DNA of 64,000 bases from Mytilus trossulus (lineage: Eukaryota): NCBI RefSeq assembly GCF_036588685.1, contig NC_086373.1:28892001-28956000 (forward strand). The letters run 5' to 3'. The translations under genes were made by a program, and so were the position numbers. The notes beneath the pieces were generated by a model that saw only the letters and a list, made by a program, of their open reading frames with translations, was not told where the DNA came from and did no database searches. This document shows positions 37,774 to 50,285 of this stretch, in pieces; the first letter of the stretch is position 1; every line of letters begins with the position of its first letter.

Positions 37774-38766
37774 AGCTAGGGTTGCACATTCAAGATGTTT
37801 ACTGCCGTCCTTGACAGGACCATTCCCGATTAAAATTTATTAAAAGTCTGATCAAGATCATATGAATCGTATATGGAAATTCAAACTTTAATTAAAATTT
37901 GTAAAATGTTTTTTTTAATCACGACAACAATCAGATAGTGTTCAGGAAGCGTCGATATTCAACCGTTTCCAATCGAATTTATTCCGATAATCCCGTTCTA
38001 AATCCGCTTCTTATCCGATTTGTATCTTTCGCCAGGTAAAATTCGACCGAGTCTGTCACGACTGCGTCCCGACTCTACCGAATGTAATCCGACAGAGATC
38101 AGACAGTGACAAGACAGTGAACCGACGCTGACGGGAGTTATCCGTTCGAAAACTGTCGGCATACTCGGGATGACCAGGTACTGTCGGGACGTAATTCTAT
38201 CACGGTCCGCTCTATTGCATTGCAAACGGCTTTGTCTGGTCTCAGTCGTATTGTATTCTGTAATTGTCGGGACTCTGACGTGGGTATCATTGACGAATTT
38301 AGAATTAATAACGGGACTGTTTCGGAACGGTTTCGGCAAAAACGGTTCGCAATCGACAAGATATTGATGCAATCTGGACCCAATCGGCAGAAAAACAGCA
38401 ATGAAATATTTCTCCAGATCATTCCCGTTCCTCAGGACACCTTCCCGAATACACAGAACATTGTTAGGAACTCGATCCGATATAGCAGAATCTGTCACGA
38501 CATAGGCACGATTGTGATCCGACTAGACAAAATCGGCTGAGTTTCCCCGAATGTTACGGGACGCACCTAACTGTCGGGGTGCTTTGCCGAACTATTCGGA
38601 CCCTTCCCAACCAGTAGGAATCTGTTACGAACTTATACGACTTTGTTCAGATACTTATAGAAAATTCGAGATAATTGAGGATAGTAATCCGACTTTTTCA
38701 CTTTTCGTGTCGTATTGCTGTTTGTTCTCAAACGGGAGCAATAATCGGCAATGAGTGAACCCCACA
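37774..38766 (+). mobile_element. ~1-kb PIF/Harbinger-type non-autonomous element, copy 1, preceded by a partial copy at 37573-37770
   Basis: Direct-orientation homolog of 41207-42200 with imperfect ~17-bp TIRs and TTA/TAA flanks. Confidence 0.75.
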
Positions 38767-38789
38767 TAAGGCCGTTAGTTTAAGGCCCT

Positions 38790-39782
38790 ACATAAGGGAC
38801 ATAATAAGGCCGTCTCATTGGCAATAATACCATATCTTCTTTTAATATATAGTAGAAATTAAATTAGCAGTGAAATTCTTTTTTCAAAGTCGAAATTTTG
38901 GCATTTCAAATCTGTAAATTTCGACTTAAACTCGAAATTTTAACTATTCAAATATCGAAATTTTAACTTTTAAATTAACTTGAAATTTTGACATTCTTAA
39001 ATCTTGAAATTTATTCAAACTACAAATTTCTGTCAACATGCATGTTCTTTCCGAATGAAACTCTTCAATATTATCCTGATCATATTTTTAGAACCAAACG
39101 AATTTCTGAAAATAAATTGCCAAAATGTCTGGGTCCTCGGTTGCTTTTAAATTTGCGTCCATGTCTTCTCTTCCTAAAATTGTAATACTAGTAGCTTTGT
39201 TTGATTACTAACAGTATATTATGTTTAAATAGTGAGGAAACGACGAAAATTTCAGTTTTAAAAGTTTTTTGTTTTTGTTTTAAAAAAGTCGATGTTGTCC
39301 ACACGTACATTTGATTCAAATCGAAGGCCAATCGAATTCGCTAATCGTGTTCACACACTCTTCCTTTTTAATTCGAATTTATTTGAATTGTCTAATTCGC
39401 ACTAACCAATTCGCTTCAGAAATCCGTTTTTGTTGATACGAATTAAAAGTTAACGACGTTCGGACTGTAAAGCGAATTACGCGTGAACGCATCATAAGAA
39501 AAGTCAAATTTTGGATTTTAAGAAAGTATTTTTTTGAGTTTGAAGTAAAGTCGAAATTATGAGTTTGAGAACAGTCGAATTTTGCGTTTGAGAAAAGTCG
39601 AAATTTCGAGTTTTAAAAAAAAATCAAATTTTGAATTTTTACTTAGTCGGAATTCAAAAATTTGAGAAAGTCAAAAATTCTAGATTAAGTCGACATTTTA
39701 AAATTTGGAATGTCAAAATTTCGACTTTGAAAAATATTTCATTACAAATTTTATGTTTACTATGTCCCTAATACGCTTTCGT
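38790..39782. mobile_element. Foldback MITE with (AAAGTCGAAATTTT)n subterminal repeats and a nested MITE fragment
   Basis: AGGGACATA / TATGTCCCT ends. Inverted TTTTCAAAGTCGAAATTTTG blocks at ~38880 and ~39715-39735. Confidence 0.55.
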
Positions 39783-39884
39783 AAGAAATACTTTAAAAAA
39801 AACAAGGGTTCATGCTTTTTATTAGATATATATACTAATGGGAGTATAAAACCAGCGAGTTGATCTTTTGATAATAAAAAAAAA

Positions 39885-40080
39885 ATGTTTGGACTTTAAC
39901 GGTGCTTTTTTGTGGACTTTAGCGGAACTTGTTATTGTGGACTTTAACGGCGTTTTCTTGTGGACTTTAGCGGAGGTCATTTTGTGGACTTAAGCGGCGT
40001 TGTGGACTTTAGCGGAAAATTGTTGTGGACTTTGGCGGTGTTGTGGACTTTAGAGGAATTGTGGACTTTAACGGTGCCAC
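39885..40080 (+). repeat. Short tandem array of TGTGGACTTTA(A/G)CGG, about 9 copies, 19-25-bp period
   Basis: Directly visible; probably transposon subterminal repeats. Confidence 0.85.
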
Positions 40081-41206
40081 AGTGCATTATCGCCTAATTC
40101 TATCCGTATCCTCATCCACATAAATTTCCTTTTTCCATTTTGCCCGAGCGGTGTTTTTGACGACCATTTTAACACGAATTAATAGATGTACCAACAATTC
40201 CCCGTGTTTTTTACACCTCATCCTAAGTTTCTAAAATTAGATTTCTACATTCAATACAAAATTTCATGGAATACAGCGTTCATCATGAAAAAGTATTTAT
40301 TGCAAACATATACCAAGAATAAAGACTTGTGATAAAACTCAGTCTATTATATGTAGATAAAACGTTCAGATGCTTAAATTTTAAAGAAACAGAATATTTA
40401 AAAGTAAAGTAATACATTTTTAAGATTAACAATAAGCAATAATAAAAAAGTTATTAACATTTTCTTCATCGGTCAGGTCATAAGTCTGGGAGAGTCGATG
40501 TTAGTAATTATTATTTTTTAGATAATCCGTTTCTTATATCTCAATATTTTATGTCAGAATCTTCCTTGACATCAGATTTGAAGTCGATCCTTCAAAGAAA
40601 AATTTTTTATAAACAATTTACATCGGTCAGGACATTAGTCACGGGAAAGATGTAGATGGTCGGGTCAAGTTTTTTTTTCTTGTATTATTGTATTAAATGT
40701 TGTAGGAAGGCGTCCCAGAAAAAAAATTAAAACAGCCTTGCCAAACGCCATGATTATTTGGACTTGTTCATACCTGTCAGGACATAAGAACTTTTAAAGC
40801 CAATTTGGTCAGGGCAAGTTTTCTAACTCTTATAGAGATGTTTTTCTTTGTTTCCTTTTACCTATTAAATATTAGTTCTCATCTTGCTTGGTTCCAAATT
40901 TCAAGTTAATCCTTCCAATAATGAAAAAGTATTTAGCATTTTCATTTCTGTCAAGACATTACCAGGTTGTCAGGACATTAGTCAAACTGCGTACAATAAT
41001 CGTTTCCGTTCCGGAACTATTTTTATTCCATCAAGTATCCAGAAAAAGTTACCATTAAAAATGTCACATAAATACCCAATATTTTTTGTTTAATTTTAAC
41101 ACTATGTGATTGCAAAACTTGATGCATTGGCTTGTGAATGTGTAAACGTTATTCGATAACATCAAGAACGATAACTCTCGGCGTAACGTCATTCGGTATC
41201 GTGTTA

Positions 41207-42200
41207 AGCTGGGGTCACACATTCACGATTTTTACTACCGTTCTTGATAGGACCATTCCCGATTAAAATTTATTAAAAGTCTGATCAAGATCCTGTGAAT
41301 CGTGGATGGAAATTCAAACTTAAATTAAAATTTGTAAAAAAAATAATTTGATCACGACAACAATCAGATAGTATTCAGGAAGCACCGATATTCAACCGTT
41401 TCTAAGCGAATTAGTCCCGATAATACCGTTCTGAATCCGCTTCTAATCCGATTTGTATTTTTCGCCAGGTAAAATTCGACCGAGTCTGTCACGACTGCGT
41501 CCCGACTCTACCGAATGTTATCCGACTGAGATCAGACAGTGACCGGACAGTGAACCGACGCTGACGGAAGTTATCCGTTCGAAAACTGTCGGCATATTCG
41601 GGATGATCAAGTACTGTCGGAACGTAATCCTATCATAGTCCGCTCTATCGCATTGCAAACGGCTTTGTCTGGTCTCAGTCGTATTGTATTCTGTAATTGT
41701 CGGGACTCTGACGTGGGTATCATTGACGAATTTCGTATTAATAACGGGACTGTTTCGGAACGGTTTCGGCAAAAAACGGTTCGCAATCGACAAGATCTGA
41801 ATGCAATCTGGACTCAATCGGCAGAAAAACAACTATGAAAAATTACTCCGGATCATTCCCGTTCCACAGGACACCGTCCAGAATACACAAGACATTGTTC
41901 GGAATTCGATCCGATACAGCAGAATCTGTCACGACATAGCCACGATTGTAATCCGACTAGACAAAATCGGCTGAGTTGCCCCGAATGTTACGGGACGCAC
42001 CTAACTGTCGGGATGCTTTGCCGAACTATTCGGACCCTTCCCGATCCGTAGGAATCTGTTACGAACTAAAACGAATGCGTTCAGACAATGATAGGACATT
42101 CCAGATAATTGAGGATACTAATCCGACTTTTTCACTTTTCGTGTCGTATTGCTGTCTGATCTCAATCGGGAGCAATAATCGGCAATGTGTGAACCCCGCA
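41207..42200 (+). mobile_element. ~1-kb PIF/Harbinger-type non-autonomous element, copy 2
   Basis: TIRs AGCTGGGGTCACACATT and AATGTGTGAACCCCGCA. TTA TSD at 41204-41206 and 42201-42203. Confidence 0.8.
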
Positions 42201-42204
42201 TTAC

Positions 42205-42900
42205 CTTAATTGTATTGCACTGAACAATGATCTTTATCAATAAATTCGTTTATTGAATTATTCTCAGGATAGGATAAATGTTAAATAAGTCTAAAATTCC
42301 CATCTTATGTTTTTGCACTAACCCCATTGGAGATACCAGACGTGTGGGAAAAGGCGGGTATCTGAAAGGATTAGCAATGCGACAAAGTTAAAGTTCCTTT
42401 ATAAATGTTTCTTAAAAAATGTAATGCACTTTTTAAATTGGAACTCTCCCTTGGTTCCCTAGAGCCAAAATATTTTATTGAAAAAACATTTTTGAAACCA
42501 GATATAATTCCATTTGCTACATTGTCATGGTCAGATTGTTATGTGGGTAACATTCTAAATAATTTTGAGGGTACAATTTTGAATTATAAGACCCGGTACT
42601 TTAATAAGAGTATTTCCTCTTTTTCTTACATCTTCTTTTGGCCCGGTTATTACATTGGGCCTTTCTGTGTTTGCCACTGCATATTTCACATACATTTTTA
42701 AACATACAACGAGGGAAGCAGGGACAAACATTACCATTATTATATATAGTATTTACATGACATATTTACACTTCCACTAGTAACCTGTGATTGTTGATGT
42801 GTTCTCGTGTCAGTGTTTGAAAATGTAGATGCATTTGAAGTATAATGACCACGATTTGTTGTATTTGTTCTATAACCCTGTGATTGCACTGCCACATCGT
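42205..42900 (-). pseudogene. Second DIRS/Ngaro gag-end plus RT N-terminal relic
   Basis: Cys-rich CPASPRCMFKNVCEICSGKHRKAQC, then SIKYFGSREPRESSNLKSA...PPFPTRLVSPMGLV..DGNFRLI*HLSYPENNSINEFIDKDHCSVQY, homologous to 57969-58373. Confidence 0.75.
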
Positions 42901-45012
42901 TTTGTACTGTTGGAGATGTAATGTGTTATAGCCAATATTTACCGTGTAACGTGAGGGTACCCAAATTGCACCTATTTTGACAGTTTTTTTAACTAGCTTT
43001 TATTAATTCTTCTGAAAAAAGTTGTCATCATATGTAAATTTTGTAGATGTATAATTATTAACGATATGGAATCAAAACAAAAGTGGTCTGAAATGACCTC
43101 CAAACCATCAATGAGTCTGTAATGTGGAGTACCCGAATTGCATCCATGCTGAAATTTGCATCGTCAAAAGGCAAATAACAGAGCTTTTGATTAATTCCTT
43201 CAAATACTTTGAAAAATTGGATATAAGTCCATGCTAACTCTTCATTTTTTAAGAAATGGACACTTGAACATGTGGTAACATATTGTATTTGCTAATTTTA
43301 AAAAGATGCTGTTTCGATGACGTCGTATGTCGACGTTTCCGTACATTTTTCTTTTTTTCAGTAAACACTTCATCTGTAGAGAAATGCTGTGAACGTTTCG
43401 TGTATATCTAAATATATTTACCTATATTGAAAGACGTGCATAGTATCCAATGATAAAATTGAAAATGTTTAGTCTCTAGGAAATGTTGTTTGATTTCCGC
43501 TGCTTTTTTTGCTTAATAGGTGCTGTTTGGGTATTCGGTGCAATTTGGGTATCGTGACGTTATGTTTCACCAAGATAGATTTGGGTTCTTTTCTATTTTT
43601 AGCCTTAATAGCTCGTCATAGATGGCCCAGTTTAATGACCTCGTTGCCGCAAATCTTATATCGCGCATATATTTTAACAATTCCTGTGCCCGTGTCCTGT
43701 ATTTCTTAATGTAGACACTCATAAAAACCATGAATGCTAAAGTCCATTCATTTATGGACCAAAAAAAAACACCTGACGATCTTTTTCAATGCAAATGTTT
43801 CCCCTCTTTTTATTTCAAATTGCCATCATCAATTTCCTCAATTTCTGTTTGCGCTATCAAAGGATAGCAAAGCTCTATAAACTTACTTTTCCAAATATTT
43901 TCCTTAATTTTAAAAGGTACATGTTCCCCCACTGTGTCATGAATGCTAGACCCTTGTGTCGGAGTGAAATCAAAGGAATTATTTGCCATTTCAATTTTTT
44001 TTGTGACGGGTCGTGTTTGAAAGAGGGGAATGCCGTGCATCCTCCTCCGACTGATGAAATGTCGGCTTTTTCGTCGACTCTTTGTGTCTCCACGTGTCCC
44101 ACCTCCTATGTTTTACTGACCATTCTTTTCCGCCACACTCCGTCCTTCATTTGAGTGATTTATTCGCTCCGCACTCCCTCTCCTTCTTTCCTACTGGTCA
44201 TCCAATGGGCCTTGATGGAGATCATCTTGCATTTATTTGTATTGGCAATTTTTCGTTTTGTTAGCAAAATCAATCAATGTAGTTTTATAAACATCATTAT
44301 AATTAAACAGTCTGAATCGCATTGGACATGGATTTTTGGTAGTGAACCAGATCTTGCGGTCATAAAACGTTCATTTTTTTGTACTCATACTCCAAAATCA
44401 ACCAATCAAAATGCTAGACTTCATGTTTCGAGCATGATCTTTGTGCTCAAAGCACTGAGCAAATTTTTATGACTTAAATCCCTGGTCACACCATCAAGAA
44501 ATAACTGATACAGTCGTTATAATAACGAAGATTCTGAAGTTTTTTTGGCAAGACATCAGAAAAAAGGTGCCCAAGCGGTGAGCAGGTTATGTTAATAGAG
44601 ATATTAAAATGCCAACCGGACAAAGTCTGAAATCCAACTCAAACTTTAAAATGGGTCAAAATTAAAGTTTTTCAATGTCAATAATAAATACATGTTATGT
44701 TTTTTCACGGGTCCAACTATTTCTTTGCAATATGTTACAGGCAGAAAAAAGCCTGGATTAGTTTCAGGCAATTTGTAGAAGACGGATTCCATTGAAATGC
44801 ATATGACAAAAGTGGACAATCAACTTGCGATTCGGTAGAATTAAATCATTCCCTCAAACCAACATGGAAGGTTAATATGACATATGATAAGTTCTGTTTA
44901 GGAAAACTGCAATGAGAAAGTACTCATTACAGATACAAGAACCAAATTTAATGATTATTTTGTCACAATGGCAGAAAGACAGATTGTTTTGTCATACGAA
45001 CAAAATTATAAT
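42636..45012 (-). repeat. ~2.37-kb inverted repeat, right arm
   Basis: Reverse complement of 35205-37577. Confidence 0.95.
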
Positions 45013-45167
45013 CGAATTTTTAGAAAAATCTAGATTCAAAACAGGAAAGTGGATCATGTGAAGCAGTGAAAATGAGGTTTGTTTTCAAATGACTGATTGT
45101 TGTTTGTTTGATTTCAGTCCTTGAGAATGGCATTTTTGTACTTTTAAGACGTGAACAATTTGGTTAA
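45010..45167 (+). repeat. 158-bp direct repeat, right copy
   Basis: Matches 35048-35205. Confidence 0.95.
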
Positions 45168-45280
45168 AAAAGTTCGTATGGATTCACCGATCTCTCTGCA
45201 GTGGGTTGATCTGGATAAAGGACATAAATTCGGACTGCAACTAGCAATTGAAATGAAGGTGTTTTAGACAGGGACAGACA
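45010..45280 (-). pseudogene. Displaced 5' part of the YqaJ-domain gene
   Basis: Reads ...VLYPDQPTAERSVNPYELF/NQIVHVLKVQKCHSQG...PVLNLDFSKNS, which continues as ICKSSFVIK...LNKGHDRG at 35047 and below. It needs one homopolymer frameshift and reads through one stop. Confidence 0.5.
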
Positions 45281-47849
45281 TCTTCACGTACAGAAAGTGT
45301 TGCACTTTAGCTACAGTAGACAATATATGTATAATGTTCCCATTCAACAATAATGAGAATAAATACATTCACATTCAAGCAAAGAACGCTCTTAAGCATG
45401 GGTTTCGCCATAAAAGACCGTGTTTTGGTGATGCAAAATATATTAGTATCTTAATCTTCACTGTATAAATGAGACATTAATTGAATGTAATTAAGATTTT
45501 TAACTAGAGTCTCTCAAGAGCCTGTATCTACTGTGGTTTTGAATCATGTAAAATAAGTTTTATGGCGAAACCCAAAATTGCCGAATGTTAAGTGTTTTCA
45601 GCAACTGTAATAAAAGAGCAAAAGGTATGCTAATCTAGGTTTCTCCAAATGTGGTCAAAGTGCTAAAACAGAGTTTACGCCAAACAATGCGATTGCTAAA
45701 AAGTGAGGACAATTATTGTGTAACAGTACTGTCATTAAAACAATTTGAGAAATAGTAATTAATTGTCGAGTTCTGTGCTTGTGTGAATTTGAAATAAACC
45801 AGTCAAATTCATTCTTAGTTATGCATAAAAACCGCACCAAAGCTTTCAGTTTTTTTTAACATTGCATTCTTTAGAATAACTTTAGGCAATTTGTAAATTA
45901 TCTATAAAAATTTAATCTTGCAGTCATTTAAGAAATCACAAAACACAAACATTATATGGGATGTAGATTTGGGCATCCATTCATTTAACAACACAATCGA
46001 AACAAAAATAGTCCTTATCACATTATATTCAGTTGAAGTGTGATCAAAAGTCTGCACACTCAATAAAATACAATTTCAAAATATTAGAAACAATTCACAA
46101 CTATATGAAGATAAAAGAAATTTAAACTAATGCTGTAAATTTGGACTAGATATGCATCTTTAAATTTTGAATTGCATAATTCTATAGTATAGTAATAGTT
46201 GCATTCGTGTGAAAGTAAGTTCATATGTATCAAAATTGTTTTCAAGTCAAACAGACCTGAGAATCAATCAAATTGTTTACGTCTAGACTGGTTGATTGTA
46301 AACAGTCGAATGATTTAATTGTCCGCTTAGTATACACGGGTGATTCTACCCGTGCTAATTACTAAGCATAACGGTACCCTTTTTCGCCTTGTAACGAAAA
46401 AAGATGTATTTAAGTTCTTTTATTCACGAGTTCAACCAAACATTCATTATTTTTTTCCATACAAGGCTCAATGACACTTGACACTATTTCTATGTGATGT
46501 AAATTTGCAACATCCAGGCGAGACAGAAGATGAACGAATTCATCTCAGATGCCAAGGTGTTTCGAAACTGAAAGTCTTTTTTCAATACTGTCTTTCACAT
46601 ATCCGTCGTTAGCATTTTCGTATCGCCAACGACCATGTACTTTGAAAATGCTATACGACAGTTTTTTGGGCGACATGAGTAGCGCCTCCTGTTCGTATAA
46701 TATGCTAACAAAATTGATATTTGTTTAAACCTCTTGCGCTTATAGCTTATAGAAGTTCTCTGGTCAAAGTAAAAGAAAAGGTTTTTTGATTAACTCAATA
46801 CCAAAATATTTCTTTTGGACTGTACAATAATGTTTCAAAAAAAAACTGGTCAAGACGGCAGATCCGTATTTGCTATCATACTTATACTATATTGTCTGTA
46901 AATATCGGTCTAGATATTGAGAACTATAAATTCAACGTGTGTTTTGTAAAAACCGATATTACTCATTTTTATAAGCGAGAGTTCTTTGTATTTAAAAATA
47001 ATCCAGCATAATCCAATAATAACATTCAAAGTAAACTACAGTTGGACAGGTTGTATTTGTTATCCTGCTACATGTTTAATTGTTCACAATCATATCCGCT
47101 GTGATTGGTTCTTTCTATTGAAGGGGTTTTGCCAGATTCCTTTTTCTCTTCTGAGATAATGATTGTCAGTGAACTGCAAAACGGGTTTGGATATAAAAAC
47201 AATTCGTGATAATTCTTAATATATACAGATACAAATTCAAAAAATAATAAAGTACAATCTCACACGTACTACAAAAATACACGTAGTACGCTTGGATGCA
47301 CCAAAACTTACTGGAAAATCGGAGTTCGGTGGAATAAATTTTCAATTATTAACGATGCATCTCTGTAAAATATCCACCGACTTAAGTTTCTAACCATACG
47401 GATATTAAATTCATCGTACAAAAGTCAACACCCCCTAGCCCATCCTCATTTTTACATCTGACATATTTGGTGTCTTGATGCACTTTTAAAAGATGCATTA
47501 AATTATTCATTAAATTCCCATTCAAACAGATTACTATTTACTATATGCCATACCTGCAATTGTAAGCTAAGGATGCGGTTCAGGCGTAATAGTGAATAAA
47601 TCACCAATTGCTCGCAAATTGAATGTTTCCAGAAACGTATACTATTTTCTTTAAATACGTCTTGTTAGCTCGAACACTTGTCTGATTTGTTTTGTTTGGT
47701 TTTGTCTGAAGAACTTCCAAAGAAAGTTAATGATCATTAGTACGCATATATTTGTTTTTTGTTTCCTCTTAAGTGAAATAAAAAAAAAATGTTGAACATA
47801 GCTGACATTACTCATTTTGTAAAGCTGAGTGTGGTACTTTATTTGGCTT

Positions 47850-48315
47850 TTCAAAACTTTTTGATTCGAGCGTCACTGATAAGTCTTTTGTAGACGAAAC
47901 GCGAGGTTTGCGTATATATAAAATTTAGTCCTGGTATCTTTGATGAAATTATTTACAACCACTGGGTCGATGCCACTGCTGGTGGAGATTTATTTCCCCG
48001 AGGGTATCACAAGCCCAGCAGTCAGCACTTTTTTGTGCTGACATGAATTGTCATTGATATTGTTATATTTATATATTAACTGTTCACAAAATTTTGATTT
48101 TTTGAAATACTAAGTCTTTTCTACCTCAGGCATAGATTATGTTAGCTGTATTTGGAAACACTTTTAGGAAATTTGGATCTCTATGCTCTGCAACTTTGTA
48201 ATTTATTAGCCTTTTTAAGACTTTTTTTTATTCGAGCGACACTGATGAGTCTTTTGTAAACAAAACGCGCGTCTGGTGTTTATAAAAAATTTAGTCCTGG
48301 TATCTATGATGAGTT
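47850..48315 (+). mobile_element. Non-LTR retrozyme unit (~366 nt) bounded by two type I hammerhead motifs, both mutated
   Basis: CGTCA-CTGATAA-GTCTTTTGTAGAC-GAAA-CGCGAGGT at 47871-47912 and CGACA-CTGATGA-GTCTTTTGTAAAC-AAAA-CGCGCGTC-TGGTG at 48237-48278. The downstream AAATTTAGTCCTGGTATC is also repeated. Confidence 0.8.
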
Positions 48316-48607
48316 TAATTAGTATTTTAACAATGAACAACAGTATACCAAAGTGAGTCGAAAGCGATTTTGTATCACCAATGATTATTTAAAAGTATTA
48401 AAAAATCAGGAATTGCTATGTTTACTATCATCTATATAAGTTGAAGATCAACTATTTCTTTATTTAAAGATTATAACAATAACCTGTGAATTATATAGGC
48501 CCTTTATATTACCTTATATCAGAAATGTACAGTATATTACATTACTATAATTTTCTGTTTATTTTAGGTATTATAAGAAACAAACATATCAACGATTTGA
48601 ACTTAAC

Positions 48608-49384
48608 ATGGAACGAAAACATTGGTGTTCATTCTGTCTTATCCCTTTTAACAATGAATTGCGATTAAGAGCTCATCTTAAAATTCATTCAAAACAACCA
48701 CAAGTTTCCTGTAGGATATGTACGTTAACATTTGTGCATCATAGTCAATTTGGATACCATATGAGATATAAACATCCAGATTTTATCATCAACAAGTTTA
48801 TTGAAAATGACGAAAACATTTGTAGAAAAATATTAATAGAAATGGAAACTGAAAAAGAATCTGATTCCGAATTTACAGACAGTTCAGAGGAAGAAAACTG
48901 TATAACAAGTAGCGAAGAAGGTGAATATTTGGAGAAAACCAATGGCATGGTCAATACAAATTCTGAAAGTGTGGAAGAGCCCGTTGAAAACAATTCGAGT
49001 AACATGATATACATCTTAGCACAAAATGTGAATAATTCGTCTCACGACGAAAATCCTGCAAGTAAATTGAATTTGAAAGGAGTCAATACCAATCAGATGA
49101 ACAATTTAGACGGACAACATTTCAATGTAATGCATTGTGATGTTTCATGTCCTGTCAGACTAGAGAAGGAAAACGCTAGAAGACATAACGCCGCTTTCAC
49201 AAGAAACATTCCAAACTTAGAAGATACTTTATGTACTTCCAAACGACATATATATCTACAGCATATGAAGTCGGCGTTCCTAAATTCAGATAACATGGTT
49301 TATACCCAACGACCTAGTTTTAATTATAATGATGAAGACAAAGGCCATGCATTCCTAAGGTTTGTAAAAAAAAATAGCCATTAA
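48608..49384 (+). CDS. C2H2 zinc-finger protein (two N-terminal fingers, acidic tract), 258 aa
   Basis: Longest ORF in the window. CSFC..F..L..HLKIH and CRIC..F..HMRYKH. Splice acceptor TTTTCTGTTTATTTTAG ends at 48568, just upstream of the ATG. Confidence 0.7.
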   Translation: MERKHWCSFCLIPFNNELRLRAHLKIHSKQPQVSCRICTLTFVHHSQFGYHMRYKHPDFIINKFIENDENICRKILIEMETEKESDSEFTDSSEEENCITSSEEGEYLEKTNGMVNTNSESVEEPVENNSSNMIYILAQNVNNSSHDENPASKLNLKGVNTNQMNNLDGQHFNVMHCDVSCPVRLEKENARRHNAAFTRNIPNLEDTLCTSKRHIYLQHMKSAFLNSDNMVYTQRPSFNYNDEDKGHAFLRFVKKNSH

Positions 49385-49994
49385 AATACATAAAGTTGAC
49401 TGCACAATGTCATTTCTGCCTCAAACTATGAATGCTTTGGACACATAAAAGTAAGATACATATATATAACATTTTAATTTATATTGAAAGGTACCACAAC
49501 TCGTGCAAATTCCAAGATCATCCTACACTTCCAGAGCACCTGAGAACAACCCAAGTTTTTGGTAGGGTTAATGTTGCTTAGTCTTTAGTTTTCCATGCTG
49601 TTTGTAAGCCTAATTAATTTTCTATTGGTCTTTGTCTTTGTGAGTTTAAGCCATGGCATGTTCAGTTTATTTTTGAATTAAAAGTTTAAATGGCAGAAAT
49701 GTTTGTCGGACACTACGACCCTTAGATCTTAGACATCGGACGCTAACACAATATTTGGGCCCAGGCGCGGACGACAACGCCATATTAGACCTTGGAATCG
49801 GTACACGAACTTGGGGTTGGACCATGTGTCTCGGACGCCGACGCCACGTTTGGGCTTAAACCCTGGACCAGGCCACCCTCCAAGGTGACCACTATTAGTG
49901 ACCCTTGAATGTGTGTTTCGAAAAAATCTCTCTCACACTTTAAGAGAGAAGATCTGGTTCAGGACTTGAGAGCTGCTTCACATCCATATACTAG

Positions 49995-50285
49995 GTGGTT
50001 TAAGCACCTCAATATTGCGTAATAAATGCAATATAGGCCACAGGTATTTGAATCATCGGGTTGAATTTGATAGCCAACCACACAGTAGTCCGGTCCATTC
50101 ACGATTAGAACATTTCTAAAAAGCGTTGGTACGTTTCCGATAATCGTCATAAGGAGTCCTAAAATTCGGGTTGACCCGCTGCAGATAAATTAAAAGTAAC
50201 CCAATAACCCCCCTTTTGGTCACAGTTGTTCGTTTTGACCACACACGTTCTAGGCCTGTCGCTCACATAGCAAGACAAGTCTTCT
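49995..50285 (-). pseudogene. Polinton/Maverick (adenain-like) cysteine protease relic
   Basis: RPRTCVVKTNNCDQKGGYWV...PEF*DSL...FRNVLIVNGPDY..GYQIQPDDSNTCGLYCIYYAILRC fits the NTD..G.HW / FFDS.G / Q...S..CG.YC pattern. The catalytic His is lost. Confidence 0.65.

Noticed and set aside
37998-38754. Several overlapping ORFs of 65-166 aa, also at 41518-42209
   Set aside because: They lie in a relatively GC-rich non-autonomous element, are open on both strands, differ in frame between the two copies and have no recognisable domain.
39885-40080. Repeat-spacer pattern resembling a CRISPR array
   Set aside because: Repeats are ~15 bp with spacers of only 4-10 bp, there are no cas genes, and the context is eukaryotic.
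35205-45012. Polinton/Maverick interpretation of the long inverted arms
   Set aside because: No 6-bp TSD, no AG-repeat termini and no polB, integrase, ATPase or capsid. The arms consist of DIRS relics.
35205-45012. DIRS inverted terminal repeats as the explanation of the arms
   Set aside because: The arms contain gag/RT coding relics rather than short non-coding ITRs, and DIRS elements make no TSD.
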